Source: Vicugna vicugna (lineage: Eukaryota). From it: a stretch of 64,000 bases of DNA. The stretch is from assembly GCA_013265495.1 (NCBI GenBank), contig MU058844.1:7749260-7813259 (forward strand). The letters run 5' to 3'. Of the stretch, positions 51,558-64,000 are shown piece after piece. The notes beneath the pieces were generated by a model that did no database searches, was not told the origin of the DNA, and worked only from the letters and a program-made list of their open reading frames with translations. Each line of letters starts with the position of its first letter. Positions within the stretch are counted from its first letter, which is position 1. Made by a program: the position numbers and the translations under genes.

Positions 51558-54500
51558 CTTTGTTTTCCTAACACACCTTTTTTTACAACTAATCATACTC
51601 AGGAGAGCTCTAAAGTATAAATAAGATGTTTTTGTTTTTAAATATCTCAAGTGACTGATGCTCTTCACTTAGGGTATTTCTGAAAATTGTTAAATTCTTG
51701 ATTTTTTACATTATCTTACGATCACTCTATTTATAGTTCGAGTAGCTGGCTGAAAATGTAAATGACATTCATGTTCTATTTCCTATAGATGGCCTCTCAC
51801 TCACCTTAACTGGATTAACTTATCATCAGGGAGATTCTACTCTTTGAGTCAAATTTGATTAAAACTGTAGGGATGTTATCCTTGGCCAGGACTAAAAACC
51901 TATTTTCGTGTAAAATACATCCTTGCACTTAAAATAGACATAAAGCCCGATTCTCTGGCATTATTATATATTAGAAAGATGTACTAGAAAATAAGGTTTT
52001 ATCTAGAAGCTGGTGGTAGGCATTAAGAAACATGAGTTAATAAGCTGAAAGGAATTTTTAAAGTTAATTAGAAATGTGTTCTTCATAATAAGATGGGAAG
52101 AAAGGAGACATTTGGGGGAGGAGCTTTAACTGTTTCTGAGTTTATTTCACAGAAAGACATAATTTTATAATCAGAATAGCCTTTAAAACTACTCCAATCA
52201 ATCACTAAGACCTCTAAGTTAATCACAGAATTTTGGGACAATAGAAATTATCATATTGTCAAAAGATTGTTCAGAATTATTAAAGCTTGTGTTAAAGTAG
52301 ATGTAGGAAAGGTAGATATGAATTGGTATCTTTTTTTTTTAATTTTTTTAAGATCAGCTTGCCCACTTTATAAGCACTTTAAATATGAAGGAAAAAAGAC
52401 TTAGTTGATAATTACACAGAAAATGCAGGTGACAAGGGTTCTTGACTCTACAACTGTCCAGACTTTCATATTCCATAAAATTAAAACATTTTGAAAATTC
52501 ATATTCTTCATGTGTATGCAGATGGCTAAAAAGTTATGAAGAACAAAATGAAGAAACAGTCCGTATTACAGGACTTGTGAAAATCACCGTTTGAGTTAAA
52601 ATATTTGACTTTGAATAATTTGAAACCTCCTACACTGACACACCAGGTCAAAGTTACGATCAGGTAAGTGTTTCTCAATTACCATTGTATTTGACCCCAA
52701 ATTCATTTTCCTTATCTTGTTTCCTAAGCTAATATGCTGTCACTTACCTAGACATGATGAATATATGCAAGTAAGTCTGATCACTGAAAGCTAACCGAGA
52801 AACATTTATCTCCAAGATCCTTCTAAATATGGCAAAGATTAAAAAATACTTGTAATGCAGTTAGAACACTGTCAGTCGCAACCCAGAGAGGCAGACAGGG
52901 GAAGAGGGTACTTGGCCAGCAATCATAAGAAGATGCTCCCTCTTCAGCCTCTGCTGACCTCATCCCACTCCTAACCCTTAGCTCCTACCTTATTCAATAC
53001 GCTGAGTCCTGTTTGCTCTTGTACATAGAGACATGGGTAATACAAATTGCTCAAGCTGACAGCCCACAAAAGAACAGACTGGTGTCCACTCTCCATGAGG
53101 ATCAGTGAGGTTAGCAAGTCATATTGTTCTCAGGTGAACAGTTGTTCTTCATATGTGTTGTGCTGTAAGTCCACTGCCAGAGGGGTATTGACACTGAATG
53201 CCGTGGAAATATTTTTTGAGACAAAGGGCTTTAGGTTATCTTTAAACACTGATAGAAAGAGAAAGAAATTTAAAAGTTTGTGTAGTGCTCCTAAAGAATG
53301 GCTCAGTCTTTAGTTTACTAACAGCTCAGGGGTATTCACTATAGCAAAAGAGGTGAATTACTGTGATTAACAACTACCTTAGTAATTCACAGTTATTGAG
53401 TACTTAAAATTCCTTTCAGCTATTTCATACATATTATCCTCTTGCACATCACAGATTATTAACAAATAAGTGTGTACATCAACTAGACGCATAAAACTGT
53501 GTTAAATTAAATAGAGAGTGTATCAAAGTAGATCATATAATCTACTCCCAAGGAGCTTTCATCTTCTTAGGGAGACAACAAAATATACCCATGGGGAAAG
53601 TTAACTAGTAGTCATATGTTAATACTGATGAGTAAAAATGTTATTTCTTGTTCGGTCTACATGTAAACTTAAGATATAACTACTTTGCAGATACTAAGGT
53701 AGTTATTAATATTATAACTATCGGAGATTTAACATGCAGAAAGTACTAGGATTTACGTCATTTGTTTCAAACAATTGCCCCAAACTTATGGTAGAAATTA
53801 GCAAGTAATTCTATTTTCTAAAAAGGGATATATATTTTTTCTGTTGCTCACTATCAGTGTTCAAGGATAATAATGCTATAATATACTACCTGCATGCATA
53901 TTTATACCTGAAAACAGCCATTAGACAATTCAAGGTATTTCTATTAATATAGCAATGCTTATCTCTGGGACTCCCCCATTAAAAAAATACTGATTTCTTT
54001 CTTCATTAATTTTCAAGTTAACTCTTTGCAGGATTTTTTTCTTTCCCCCTTACCTTCCAAATAAATAAATCAAATTCTCATTTTTTTTTAATTGAAGCTC
54101 CTTCTGGGCTGCAGACTTAGAGAGTACTATAGCTGATTTACTGGTTCCCAGACCCAACATACAACCTCTATCTGTTTTCTCCAACTACTTTTTCTCCAAC
54201 TGATGTCTACAGAGCACCTTTCCTGGAACCACATTTTTAACAATCCTGCTCCAGTTCTGAACACCGAACTGTCTTTCCTTGAAAAATGTCTGAGGTCTGT
54301 ACATGTAAGATAAGAGACTGGAAGATGATATAGTCTGTGCAATTTGTCCACAGAAATCTTCACCAAATGATCAATGACCACCTCTAATGGAAATATGGTT
54401 TCAATTCTCCCTTTGACAGATGGTCTAGCCTACATTCCCGAGAGATATGTTTTGCCCGTCAACATTTTTTTTTAATGTATATACTGGTGTTTGGGGCCAG

Positions 54501-55847
54501 TTAAACAACTATATTACCTTGTTGGTGCTATCCCAAAGTACCACATCTGCTTGTGTTTTTTCCTATAAAGTGATATATAGAGTCCCATACCAGAAAATAT
54601 TTTCAACTCAGATTTCAATATGGTAATTTCAAATCTAGAAAGAAAACATTGAAAAAAATTCAACATGCTTTTTTTTTAACTACTAAGAGCCATTACACAT
54701 CAACAGTTGTACAGAAAATTTAGTGTAAGTTGGCTTATTGTTTCAAAAGAACATAATGGCTCTATCTTTAACTTTGACGTAATTCAATCAAAAGGGATTT
54801 GGAGTCATCCATTATGCTGTCAAAAATCACTTTCCTCCTACTGCCTCTCAGACCACAACACTCAAGTACTCAACCTGACAATCAAACTAGCTAAATTAAG
54901 AATCAGATTCTGACTTAAGAGGATTCCAAAAATGCTACTGACCTAGGATGGAAGGTAACAGTTACAAAGTATCTTCAAGTTATTGTTGTTGCCCTTCTAA
55001 CTATTTATCTTGCTTTATATTTCAGTGAATGTAACTCGAAATATAGTCATTGAAATAGCTATGTATCACCTGCTTATCTGTCTGGAATTTTGATTTCTCT
55101 CCCAGTTCCCAGCTGTCTAGACTTGGAATCCGCTCTTTGGTCTATTTTTTGGCAGAGACTTTTCTCTTACCTGGGAAAAGTTCAGAACTGGAATTGGATT
55201 TTTGGAAATCAAAGTTAGATATGTGGTTTGCACTGTGCTCAATCATTCTCAGATACAATGCAATTTCATTTATGGAAGCTAATTTAAAGGAGCAACATGG
55301 TAGTTTGTTATAAGTTACTTTGCTTCAGTGGCTCTCTGCATTTTTATTTAAACAGTGGATGGCGAAGGGAATGGATGTGAAAAAAATGTGAACAGTTGAA
55401 ATAAATATAGTCTGGTGTTGATATAAAAAGAAAAATGAATATTTTTCAGAAAAAACTTTGATGTAACCAAATGCTCTTTGTTCAATGATATTTAAATCTT
55501 CCATAATACACATATGTATTTAAGCTAAAACTTGAGCCTATGATTTTCAAATTAACACCTTTTTCTGACTAAAGCATTTTAAAAATTATAAATCCATCTA
55601 GAGGAGGAACTTAATAAGCTTAATTTTTGCCTGTCCATGTGACTTTGGACCAGCAATTTATCTAAGCCTATATATACACGTGTCTATTTATATCTTGGTT
55701 TAGCTTAGATATCAAAATTAAATCTCACAAATTTATTGCAATACTGACCCGATTCTTTAAGTTTGTCTTAACTCTCCTAGGATCAGCTCCTTGTTCTCAA
55801 TGGTTCCCAGCCATGTAGTGAGAAACATATTAATTAATAAACTATAA

Positions 55848-56012
55848 CAATGGTTTCCCAAGTCTGGCTGTACATAAAAATCACCTGATGGAGGTTCTTA
55901 AAAAGTATATTAAATGGTCAGTATCCACACCAAATGAGCTAAATCAGAATTTCTGCAAGGAAAAATCTAGATATCAATACTTTTAAGAGCTCTTTAGGCT
56001 TGAGAATCACTA
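55848..56012. mobile_element. MER5A-like hAT-Charlie element
   Basis: caatggtttcccaagtctggctgtacataaaaatcacctg...aaatcagaatttctg...ttgagaatcact. Confidence 0.75.
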
Positions 56013-56139
56013 GTCTATTCAATATACAGTTCTCGCAGGAAATATGATCTGCCCTCTAGGGTGTTATTAAATCCCTGAAAAGATAATATGGCTGAAAAAA
56101 AAAAAAGTCAGTGGCCACTGGGAGACAATTTTGATAAAG

Positions 56140-56305
56140 CTGGCACTATGAAGCCAAATAAATATGCATTCAATTTTGGGCTCTGCTGCTCACTAAATAC
56201 GTGACCAAGAGCAAGTAGCTAAACATCTCAGAGTCAACTGCTTCATCTGCAAAATGTTGACTTGACATCATAGTATCCCAAAAAGCTGTCATGATAATTA
56301 AATGT
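56140..56305 (+). mobile_element. MIR fragment
   Basis: ggctctgctgctcactaaatacgtgaccaagagcaagtagctaaacatctcagagtcaactgcttcatctgcaaaatg. Confidence 0.7.
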
Positions 56306-56669
56306 CAGAAGGCATTAACCAGCAAATTAGAGACAGTGTAATGTCTATATTGTGAGTTAGCAAATAGTTGTAGTGAAAGGAAGATTTCAGGGAAGACTGT
56401 TAGGTGAATGGGGCGCTTAACAGGGATTAGGGAGTATGTGGAGATATGTTATGTAAATTTAACTGCAGCTGTGCTAACAAGGAATTATGAACCAATAAGA
56501 TTAACTGTAATGACCAATTAAGTGAAAGTACTTGCTATTTTAATAGAATCTACTCTCCTGGTTCAGGGTTTTATATATTGACTATGAAGCATATTTTTCT
56601 ATGATTTTAATTGAGATATGTAAGTCTCCTTCTTGTACAAGGATAGAAATTCAGCCAAATGTTACTGAA

Positions 56670-56780
56670 AGGGTGACCAACCACCCTAAGGACTAAGGAG
56701 TTACCTAGGAAATGGGACTTCCAGTGCTAAAACCGCAGTTATCCCGGGCAACCTGGACTCCAGATGCTTATAATCACACT
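56670..56780. mobile_element. MER81/MER94-like hAT-Blackjack MITE
   Basis: agggtgaccaacca...atgggacttccagtgctaaaaccg...cccgggcaacctggga...tcacacta; terminal agggtgacc TIR. Confidence 0.7.
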
Positions 56781-58429
56781 ACCTAACCTAATCTTACCTA
56801 ACCCAGTTCTCTCTGTGTATGCAGCCCACTACCCAGATCAGCTCTCTCCAGATCCTGGCTGTATATACTATCACTCAGTCACACCTGTTCCCTGCTCACT
56901 TCCTCAACTGGGTTTTCTAGACTTTATAGTGATTCTTTCTATGATTCTTTCCTTTCTAAATTAAGTTGAATTTGTTTCTGTTACTTGCAACTAAGAATCT
57001 TATTAAAACAGCCAAGGCAACAAGGAGAATTCTGAGACATTATAGTTGTTATGGATTTTCTCATCTTTTCCAGGACTGCAAGTATGTTTTATGCAGCAGT
57101 GATGTCCGATGGGGTCCTTGCACATAGTAGATGCTAAAAAAGCAGCTGTTCAATGACTAAGTAAATTCTCTCATTCAGGAAAGTTGATACCCACTAGCGA
57201 GTATGGGAACCAGTCTGTGATACAGCTTCATCATGGGGAAAGTCGGGAACAGAGATCGTGGAATCAGCTGGGGAAACTCATTATGTATTTAAATACTAGT
57301 TGGGGAAAAAAAAAATCTGAAGATTTAGAAATGGTCATGGAAGAAGGAAACAAAATGGCCCTGTAAGTAAAAAAGCTGTGTGTTTCCAGGTGTTAGAAAG
57401 ATTACAGGAGTGAGGAATAGCTAAGAAAATCAATGCAGCAAAATTTTCAAGTCATGGTTCTATGATTAGTTAGAACACTCAGTAAATATGTCTCTACACC
57501 TCTCCAGAATATTATCTTATGGTCAGTGCCCACTGAAATACATTTAGCCCCAACTCATTATTTTTACCTTGGGGGAATCTTGCCTGGCCCTCCACACTGC
57601 TCTTTTTCAAACTTATCTCTTCTCAGCCTATTTGTTTTTGTAATGTTACGGTCCATTGTCTAATTGAGGCTCGCATTTGTCAGGTCACTTTTATTTTTAA
57701 GCTCAACCTTTCAAAGTAAGAATGTCAGGGCATTTTCATTTTTAACTTCTTTCAAGGTTCACAAACTACTGGGAGTTTCTGGATTCTTTTCTCCTTGGAG
57801 AGTTTATTTTTAATTTACTCATCTTGTTTTAATTAAAAATGCTCATATTTTTTCAAAAAATTGGACAGCATATCTCTCAGTAGTTAGCCAAATAAAATCA
57901 AGAAATCCATGTATTCATTCCTTTCCCCTTCAAAGACTGAAAAACAGTACAAACAGCAAATGCAGAGTCCAAAGATGCGACTATTGGCATTAGAGAGGAG
58001 TGTTAGATTTTAAGGGACAGGCAGCCGAAATTGTGCATATGGAAACTAAGAACATATTCTGTATGTTACTTTATCAATAAGATGTCACAGTATTAATCCA
58101 ATCCAATCACTATATTACCCCAATGAATTATCATATATTTACATATATAGATTTAAAATAATCTATATAGCCACTAGTTTGCTTATTCAAAATTAATAGT
58201 CTCCTTTCTTCTCTCCTTCTTTCTTTCCTTCCCTAATAACTCAGACAAAGAGCCATTAGGCAGTCCCGATCAAGGAAGGAGAAAAGCCTGACAGGGGTTG
58301 AGGCCATGGGAGCTTCCAAGTGGAATACAGCCCACTGGTATCGGGGAACTGAACAAATAAATTGAATTTTCTCACTGAAAGAGAAAGAAGGCGTAAATAC
58401 AAAAAGAGGGAGCCCAAATGACACCTAGA

Positions 58430-59402
58430 TGTGTATCACTGGCTCTGGAAAGTATGAGGGTCTGGGAACAGTGAAACCCCACTAGCAATCTGCACACGTA
58501 CCCCTAAGACCTGCTAGGGCTCCTTGGATTAAAGAACTAATTCTAGAACTAGGGCAAGAAAATTACAAAATAAGCCTGAAAAATGTTACACCAGAAATTA
58601 TGAAAATACACAAAGAGTAATGGAATCAAGTCAGACAGACACAAAAGCTAGCTTGTCCCCACTCACATAATCTGGGAGAATTTTGTATCAAAAGACATAG
58701 TGACAATAACAAATTATATCCCACTGAATAAAATAAGAATCCATAAGTCCACACAGAAATAAACAGACAGACAGATAGATAGATAGATAGCAAAGTCTTC
58801 CACTCAGTACAATGACATAGAAGAAATGATGAAACTTGAAAATTACCATTTATCAACCATAATCATAGTAATTAATTTAGGCAAGAATCAACAAAACTAG
58901 TGGGTGAAAGTTGAATGAAGAATAGGCTATTTCTATAAAGAATCTCTACACAAAACACGTACTAATTATAAAAGAGAAAAGAGTAGCTTTCCAGTGGAGA
59001 AATCTGGAAGACATCACCTTACTCAGGAGATCAAGGTTAAGGTCACCAGCGATGGGACAAAGTAACCCAAAGAGCCACCTGACAGATGGTACTGAAACAG
59101 GCACAGAATCACCACTATGACCTGAATCTAATGAAAGGAAACAGGAGACAACGCCAAAGTCTACAAAATACTTGGCATGCAATCTTCAAGTATCTTAAGG
59201 CCATGAAGGTCAAGGAAAGAATGAGGAACAGTCCCAGATAAGACAGTTACATTCAACACGTGACCCTGGATTGGATCCTTTTGCTATAAAAGACTTTACT
59301 GTAACAGTTGGTGAAACTCTTTTATGAATAAGCATTTTATGGGAGTTTTCTTTACTGTTCTTAGAACTTTTTCTAAAAGTGTAAAATTATTGCAAAATAC
59401 AA
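58430..59402 (+). mobile_element. L1MC/MD-type 3' UTR fragment
   Basis: ttctagaactagggcaagaa; tttccagtggagaaatctggaagacatcacctt; acctgaatctaatga; tttactgttcttagaacttttt...gtaaaattattgcaaaat. Confidence 0.75.
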
Positions 59403-62400
59403 AGTCTAACTTCATCATGTTTTATGGACCAGGAAGTAAAGGCAAAATGTCTGCCAATGTCAAAAAGCAAGTTAGCATCCAAGCAGCCACTACAATTCCA
59501 AATTACCATTCCAGTATTCTCTCCACTCTTCCCTCCATCCTCAAGTAGAAAAAGAGTACCAACCCATAAGGTCAGGAGCTTTGTTGTCTGCTCTGCTGAA
59601 TCTAAGTGCCTACCACTGTGGTAGGCTCCTATCTGATCAAAAATATCACTGTAGTTTGGAATACTTTGGACTATAAGCAATGCTTTTAATTCCCATTTCC
59701 AAATTGATATTTCTGATTATAATCAAGCAATATGGAAAAATGGTCTCTGCTCTTCTCTGCCTATAAACCTCTGAAAACTAAGAAATAAAATAGGAATTTT
59801 TCAGGAAGCAGAAGTAGATCATGTAAACAGTAAAATGGCCTATTGAATTTTCTCTATTCTCACTCATACCTCTAAAAGCTGCACCAGTCCATTCAGGCAC
59901 TCACAATAAATGTCACTCTTTGCCCTTTATAATCTGCTGTGACCTCCAAGAGTGCCTGTAGACAGGTTAGTTTTCTCATTCCTTCTAGGAGAATAATATC
60001 TAACAACCACACAGTCTTACAAATGCTTTATGCTAACTCTCATACAATTATAAAACTAAAACAAACTCATCAATTAAGCATGCAAAACAGCAAATAACCA
60101 TTAAAATTAAGTTGATAGTATCATTTTAATGTCATAGATCATGTCATATTCCTGACACGGTATCAGGAATTTTGAATTTTAAAGTAGAAAGGTGTACGTA
60201 TGAGTTGAATTGGTTGCCTGTCAATTTGATTCTTTAATTTGGGGCAAGAGAGACCATCTATCCAAAATACCAATGCTGCCTAATGAAAATTTTTCTGATG
60301 AGTATTTATGGCTCACGATGGTAATTTACTGCTCCATTCACTCATTTAACAAATATTTATTGAGTGTCAGTCACTCTCTTAATTAATGAAACTGTTGCCC
60401 AAAAAAGTACATACCGAAACGGAATGTGATAAGACAATTGCTCAAAAGCTGAGTAGGGCCGGCTCAGGATCTTTTTGAGTAGGGAGTTTAGAGCATCCAC
60501 CGATTTTATCCAACTATTGCAGAAACTTTATTGACACAGTGCTTCTTAGTCAATTAGCTTCCTTTTTATTGGGATTTTATTTTGAGCCCACAAACAAAAC
60601 AAATCCTTGGTTGCCATGACACTCAATTATATTTTAGACTTAATTATGGCATATATACGATATAAAATATAAATGCATCTTATTTATCCTTTAAGTTTTA
60701 GCATTTTAACACAGGACATAATATATTATTGACAATAAGCACTTATTGAATTAAATAATGGAATGAATTAATGTTTGTGTCTCCCCTAGAGCTCCAATTT
60801 CTCAATTAAAATAGTATATTTAACCAAGCAGAAAGGCTGTCATCATACGGCTGTTTTTGTTAATGCTTGCAAACGTAAGTGAAGAATCACACTGCTGTGT
60901 GGTCACCACTCTTGTGACTTTGGAAAAGTTTTTAAGGATGCAGGAAATCTTAACGTTTTGCTAATTTATTGGAATTGGAGGAGGCTTTTGCATTGGATGG
61001 GACTGCTAGTTTAAAAAGATCCCTTCCATGGTTTATCCAGCTTGTCTTCCCCTAGATGCCAAAAAAGCACACAAAACAGTCAACTCAGAGGGCGCTGTGT
61101 GTCCAGAGTAAAAGGACTCATAAATCTAGACACAATTTAAACTAAAAGGGAGACAGTAACAGATGATACTTTAAAGTCTAAAATAAATCATTGCCCACAG
61201 TATGGAGAAAAACAGTTTCAAATGTAATTATGTATTTTGCATCAATAAGTCAATTATCCATGTTATAGTAGTCATAAGACAAGAGATTCTTCTCCATCCA
61301 GATGACTCACTTCATTAAAAGGAAAACCTCTTTCAGAAGACATTAAGCTTTTGAAAAATAAGCATACTTTAGGGCTTTGTCTGCACTCAGAGTGGAACCA
61401 GTAGCTACTCTTCAACGAATACTAATCAGATTTGTGTATAAACGGTGTTGCACTCCAATTTCTGGCAGTTGGGTGACCAAATACGTTACTGTAGATTTAC
61501 ATTTCTTCGGAGTGTTGGGATCGGGGCAGGGGAGGGTGGGCAGGGAGAGCTTTTCTTACAGTGGGAACGATGAAATGGCCACGGTGGAAAGATAAGGTTG
61601 CACTTTATCTATCCCAGTGTGTTTTTGTAAGTATCACCTCCCATAATGCCATCCTGTAAGAGCTCAATTTATGTAGACGCTGTATTTTGATGATCAAAGC
61701 ACAGGATTTCTCCCTTCCTCCCCTATGTTGTTACAAGTGGTGAAGTTAGAGTAGGAGAGGAGTCACTTTTCATGGTTTGTTGTATTTGAAGTGCCAATAC
61801 GGACTCGAGCAAAATTTTTAGAAATCAAAGTCATGTTTCTCTTTTCTCTTTGTGATATCTAAGTGTTAATCCAAGGATGGCTGTAAGTTAACCTCCTGAG
61901 TCACTGAACACTGATTATATATATACTGCAGTTAATTAAAACAGTTTCTTTTACTCACAGGAAGACAGAATAAGAGGATCAGCCCAGGCCTCCGACTTGT
62001 CACAGGAGCGTAACTAAACCAGCCAAGGCAGCTGGTTATACGTTTGCTTCCTTCTCGTATTACCGCTGGGCTTTTCCTTCTTTAATGTGAATTTTTACTG
62101 TCTTACTCTACTGTTACTCTCTTTTTTTAGCTTTACTGAGGTATCACTGACAAATAAAATACTCTACTGTATTCTTACTGCAAACATACCCAAACAATTT
62201 CTAGAAGCAGATGAAATGTAAAAAATAAAATAAAGAATAGCTTTCAAGCTATCTTTTGGACAGTGCATTTACTTGTTTCTAAAAGTATCTTTATTAAGCT
62301 TCTACTTTGTGTCAGATACATTCCTACATTTCTACGTCCTCTCTCAAAAAACAGGAAATCGAAGATTAAAATCAGTTTTTCATTTCACAAAATTTTGTAA

Positions 62401-63614
62401 AAAATTTTAATTGGACTGTAAATTTAATCAGAAAATTACATAAATATATAATCATGATTTTTACTACTACAGAGGAGAGTCATACACTACAAGATAGTTT
62501 AGTATCATACCAGTTATGTTAAAACTGGACAAGAGAAGAATAAGATGACATCAATATTTCCATTATCAGAATATTCTTGAGCACTGCTCATTCAACCAAT
62601 GGCCAGATTAGGTAGATTCTGTATCTTTTACATGTGTGATTTTAAGTCCAATCTCTCATTTACTTCAGTTTAGTTTCTTACCTGGATTAACACAACGGCT
62701 AACCTAAATGCCTTCTGACTGTTTCGAACCATTTCTACTGGAGTTACTATCATTAAAAAGCGTTACTTTCATAAAGTACAAATTTGATCATGACATCGAA
62801 GAAAAAATGGCAACGAGCTGACAATTTTTGAAGCTGAGTAATATGTAAATGGAAGTTCATTATCACATAATCAAAATTTGTATATATTAGACTTCTCATA
62901 AAAAAGAATTGTAAAACCACTTTACCTGATAATTACGGGATGAAACAGAAACAATTCTGTATTACACACAGTGTTTCTCAGATATGTATTGAGGCTAAAA
63001 GCTTTGCCTGGAATCAAACAGAACCAGGCATTTTATATCCTAATTTCAATTCCTAACAGCATCCTGATTACTCACATTAGTAAATCAAATTTCAACTTTT
63101 CCATAGAGAAAAATTAGTCACTGAAGGGAAAACAGAAATAAAGAAGAACAGCAAAAGAAGAAGCTAAACAGAGTTTCTATTTCTATTACTATTTCAGTCC
63201 ACGTGAATGTTGAGATGAATTATTTAAACTTTGAGAATGGTCTCCCCATGAATCAAATTATAGTTATCATTTATTCCAAATATCAGTGAAAATTCTTCCT
63301 ACAGTGGTGCCATTAGGTAAGTGCAAGTTAAAGTTAAATAAAACAAAAATGAAACAAGTTGGTAAAAGAAACTGAACAAAATCTTGCAAACTGGCACATG
63401 TTCAGAAGATGTCTAAAACATACTAAGAAGAAGAAGTCAAAATTTTGATAATATGCTCAAATAGCACCAATCATCTGCCTACAAGAACATAAATATCACT
63501 GACTCTTTGTCTTAACAAACCTTCAATGATCCTTCTTTAGCCTGGTTCTGATGACCTTAGAACTTATAAATGACCTTGTAAGATTGCTAAAGATAGTCAA
63601 CAATAATAATGGAC

Positions 63615-64000
63615 CTTCATTTTTGCCTCCAGTCCCTCTTCTAATAATAACATCTCAAATTTCCTTTAAGAAGCAATCCCTCCTTGACTTTTAGCCCATC
63701 AAATTCAGGTGGGACTATTACTACCCTCTTCTTGATGTAAGTCTGACCAATCAGTGAATCCCACCCCACGGGCTCCACCAATCAGCTCAGGGACAACATT
63801 TATCACAGGTTATCCCAAGACTTGTGCAGCATCTATTGGGAAAGATAATGTTTCTTTCCATGGAGGTTAATAAGCTATAAGTGTGTGAGTCTGAAGCTAC
63901 CAGAAGCCACTGTGGGAAAGCTTTGAGAGGTGGGAGTGTTGGGGATAAGCCACAGTGAGAAGGAATCCAACACAGGGACGCAAAGACAAGAACGTATTAT
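63615..64000 (+). mobile_element. Old MaLR LTR (MLT1K/L-like), truncated by the window end
   Basis: ctcaaatttccttt...gtctgaccaatcagtgaatccc...gtgagtctgaagctaccagaagccac. Confidence 0.55.

Noticed and set aside
51423..51668. Poly-tyrosine protein
   Set aside because: This is the translation of the AAT microsatellite.
52521..52669. Plus-strand coding exon ending CAG|GTAAGT
   Set aside because: All three frames contain stops after the nearest acceptor, and a single consensus donor is unremarkable in 64 kb.
55160..55185. Minus-strand recursive site cttttcccag|gtaaga
   Set aside because: The pyrimidine tract is short and there is no independent support.
60148..60170. Hairpin attcctga...tcaggaat as a terminator or pre-miRNA
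   Set aside because: An 8-bp stem is expected by chance in a window this size and is too short for a pre-miRNA. Intrinsic terminators do not apply to mammalian DNA.
1..64000. The supplied ORFs as protein-coding genes
   Set aside because: All are under 120 aa, many use TTG/GTG starts, and none resembles a host protein I recognise. The recognisable ones are L1 or ERVL remnants.
1..64000. Prokaryotic systems (CRISPR array, operon, defence island)
   Set aside because: The DNA is mammalian, with SINEs, LINEs, LTRs and CpG depletion. I saw no repeat-spacer array or dense gene packing.

Overview
Mammalian, AT-rich, CpG-depleted DNA, not microbial. A Vic-1-type tRNA-derived SINE and young artiodactyl-type L1 3' ends, with no Alu, B1 or Bov-tA seen, point to a camelid. 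I recognise no host protein-coding exon, RNA gene or CRISPR array. The listed ORFs are chance frames or decayed transposon frames. Much of the window is old repeats: L1M, L2, MIR, three MER63, Tigger, MaLR/ERVL LTRs, and a roughly 4 kb decayed ERVL provirus with nested insertions. Between them are repeat-poor, motif-rich blocks at about 12.9-15.7 kb, 42-47 kb and 50-55 kb, which suggest a long intron or gene desert with regulatory elements. The most notable structures are an apparently identical 587-bp tandem duplication (29148-30321), a perfect 41-bp inverted repeat next to it (30459-30852), a co-oriented pair of CTCF-like sites (31723, 32037), a palindromic homeobox/POU-rich element (13032-13181) and a hairpin-dense segment with a degenerate hammerhead-like layout (13816-13908). 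I found no convincing new biological system. Repeat subfamily names come from remembered consensus sequences, and most repeat boundaries are approximate.
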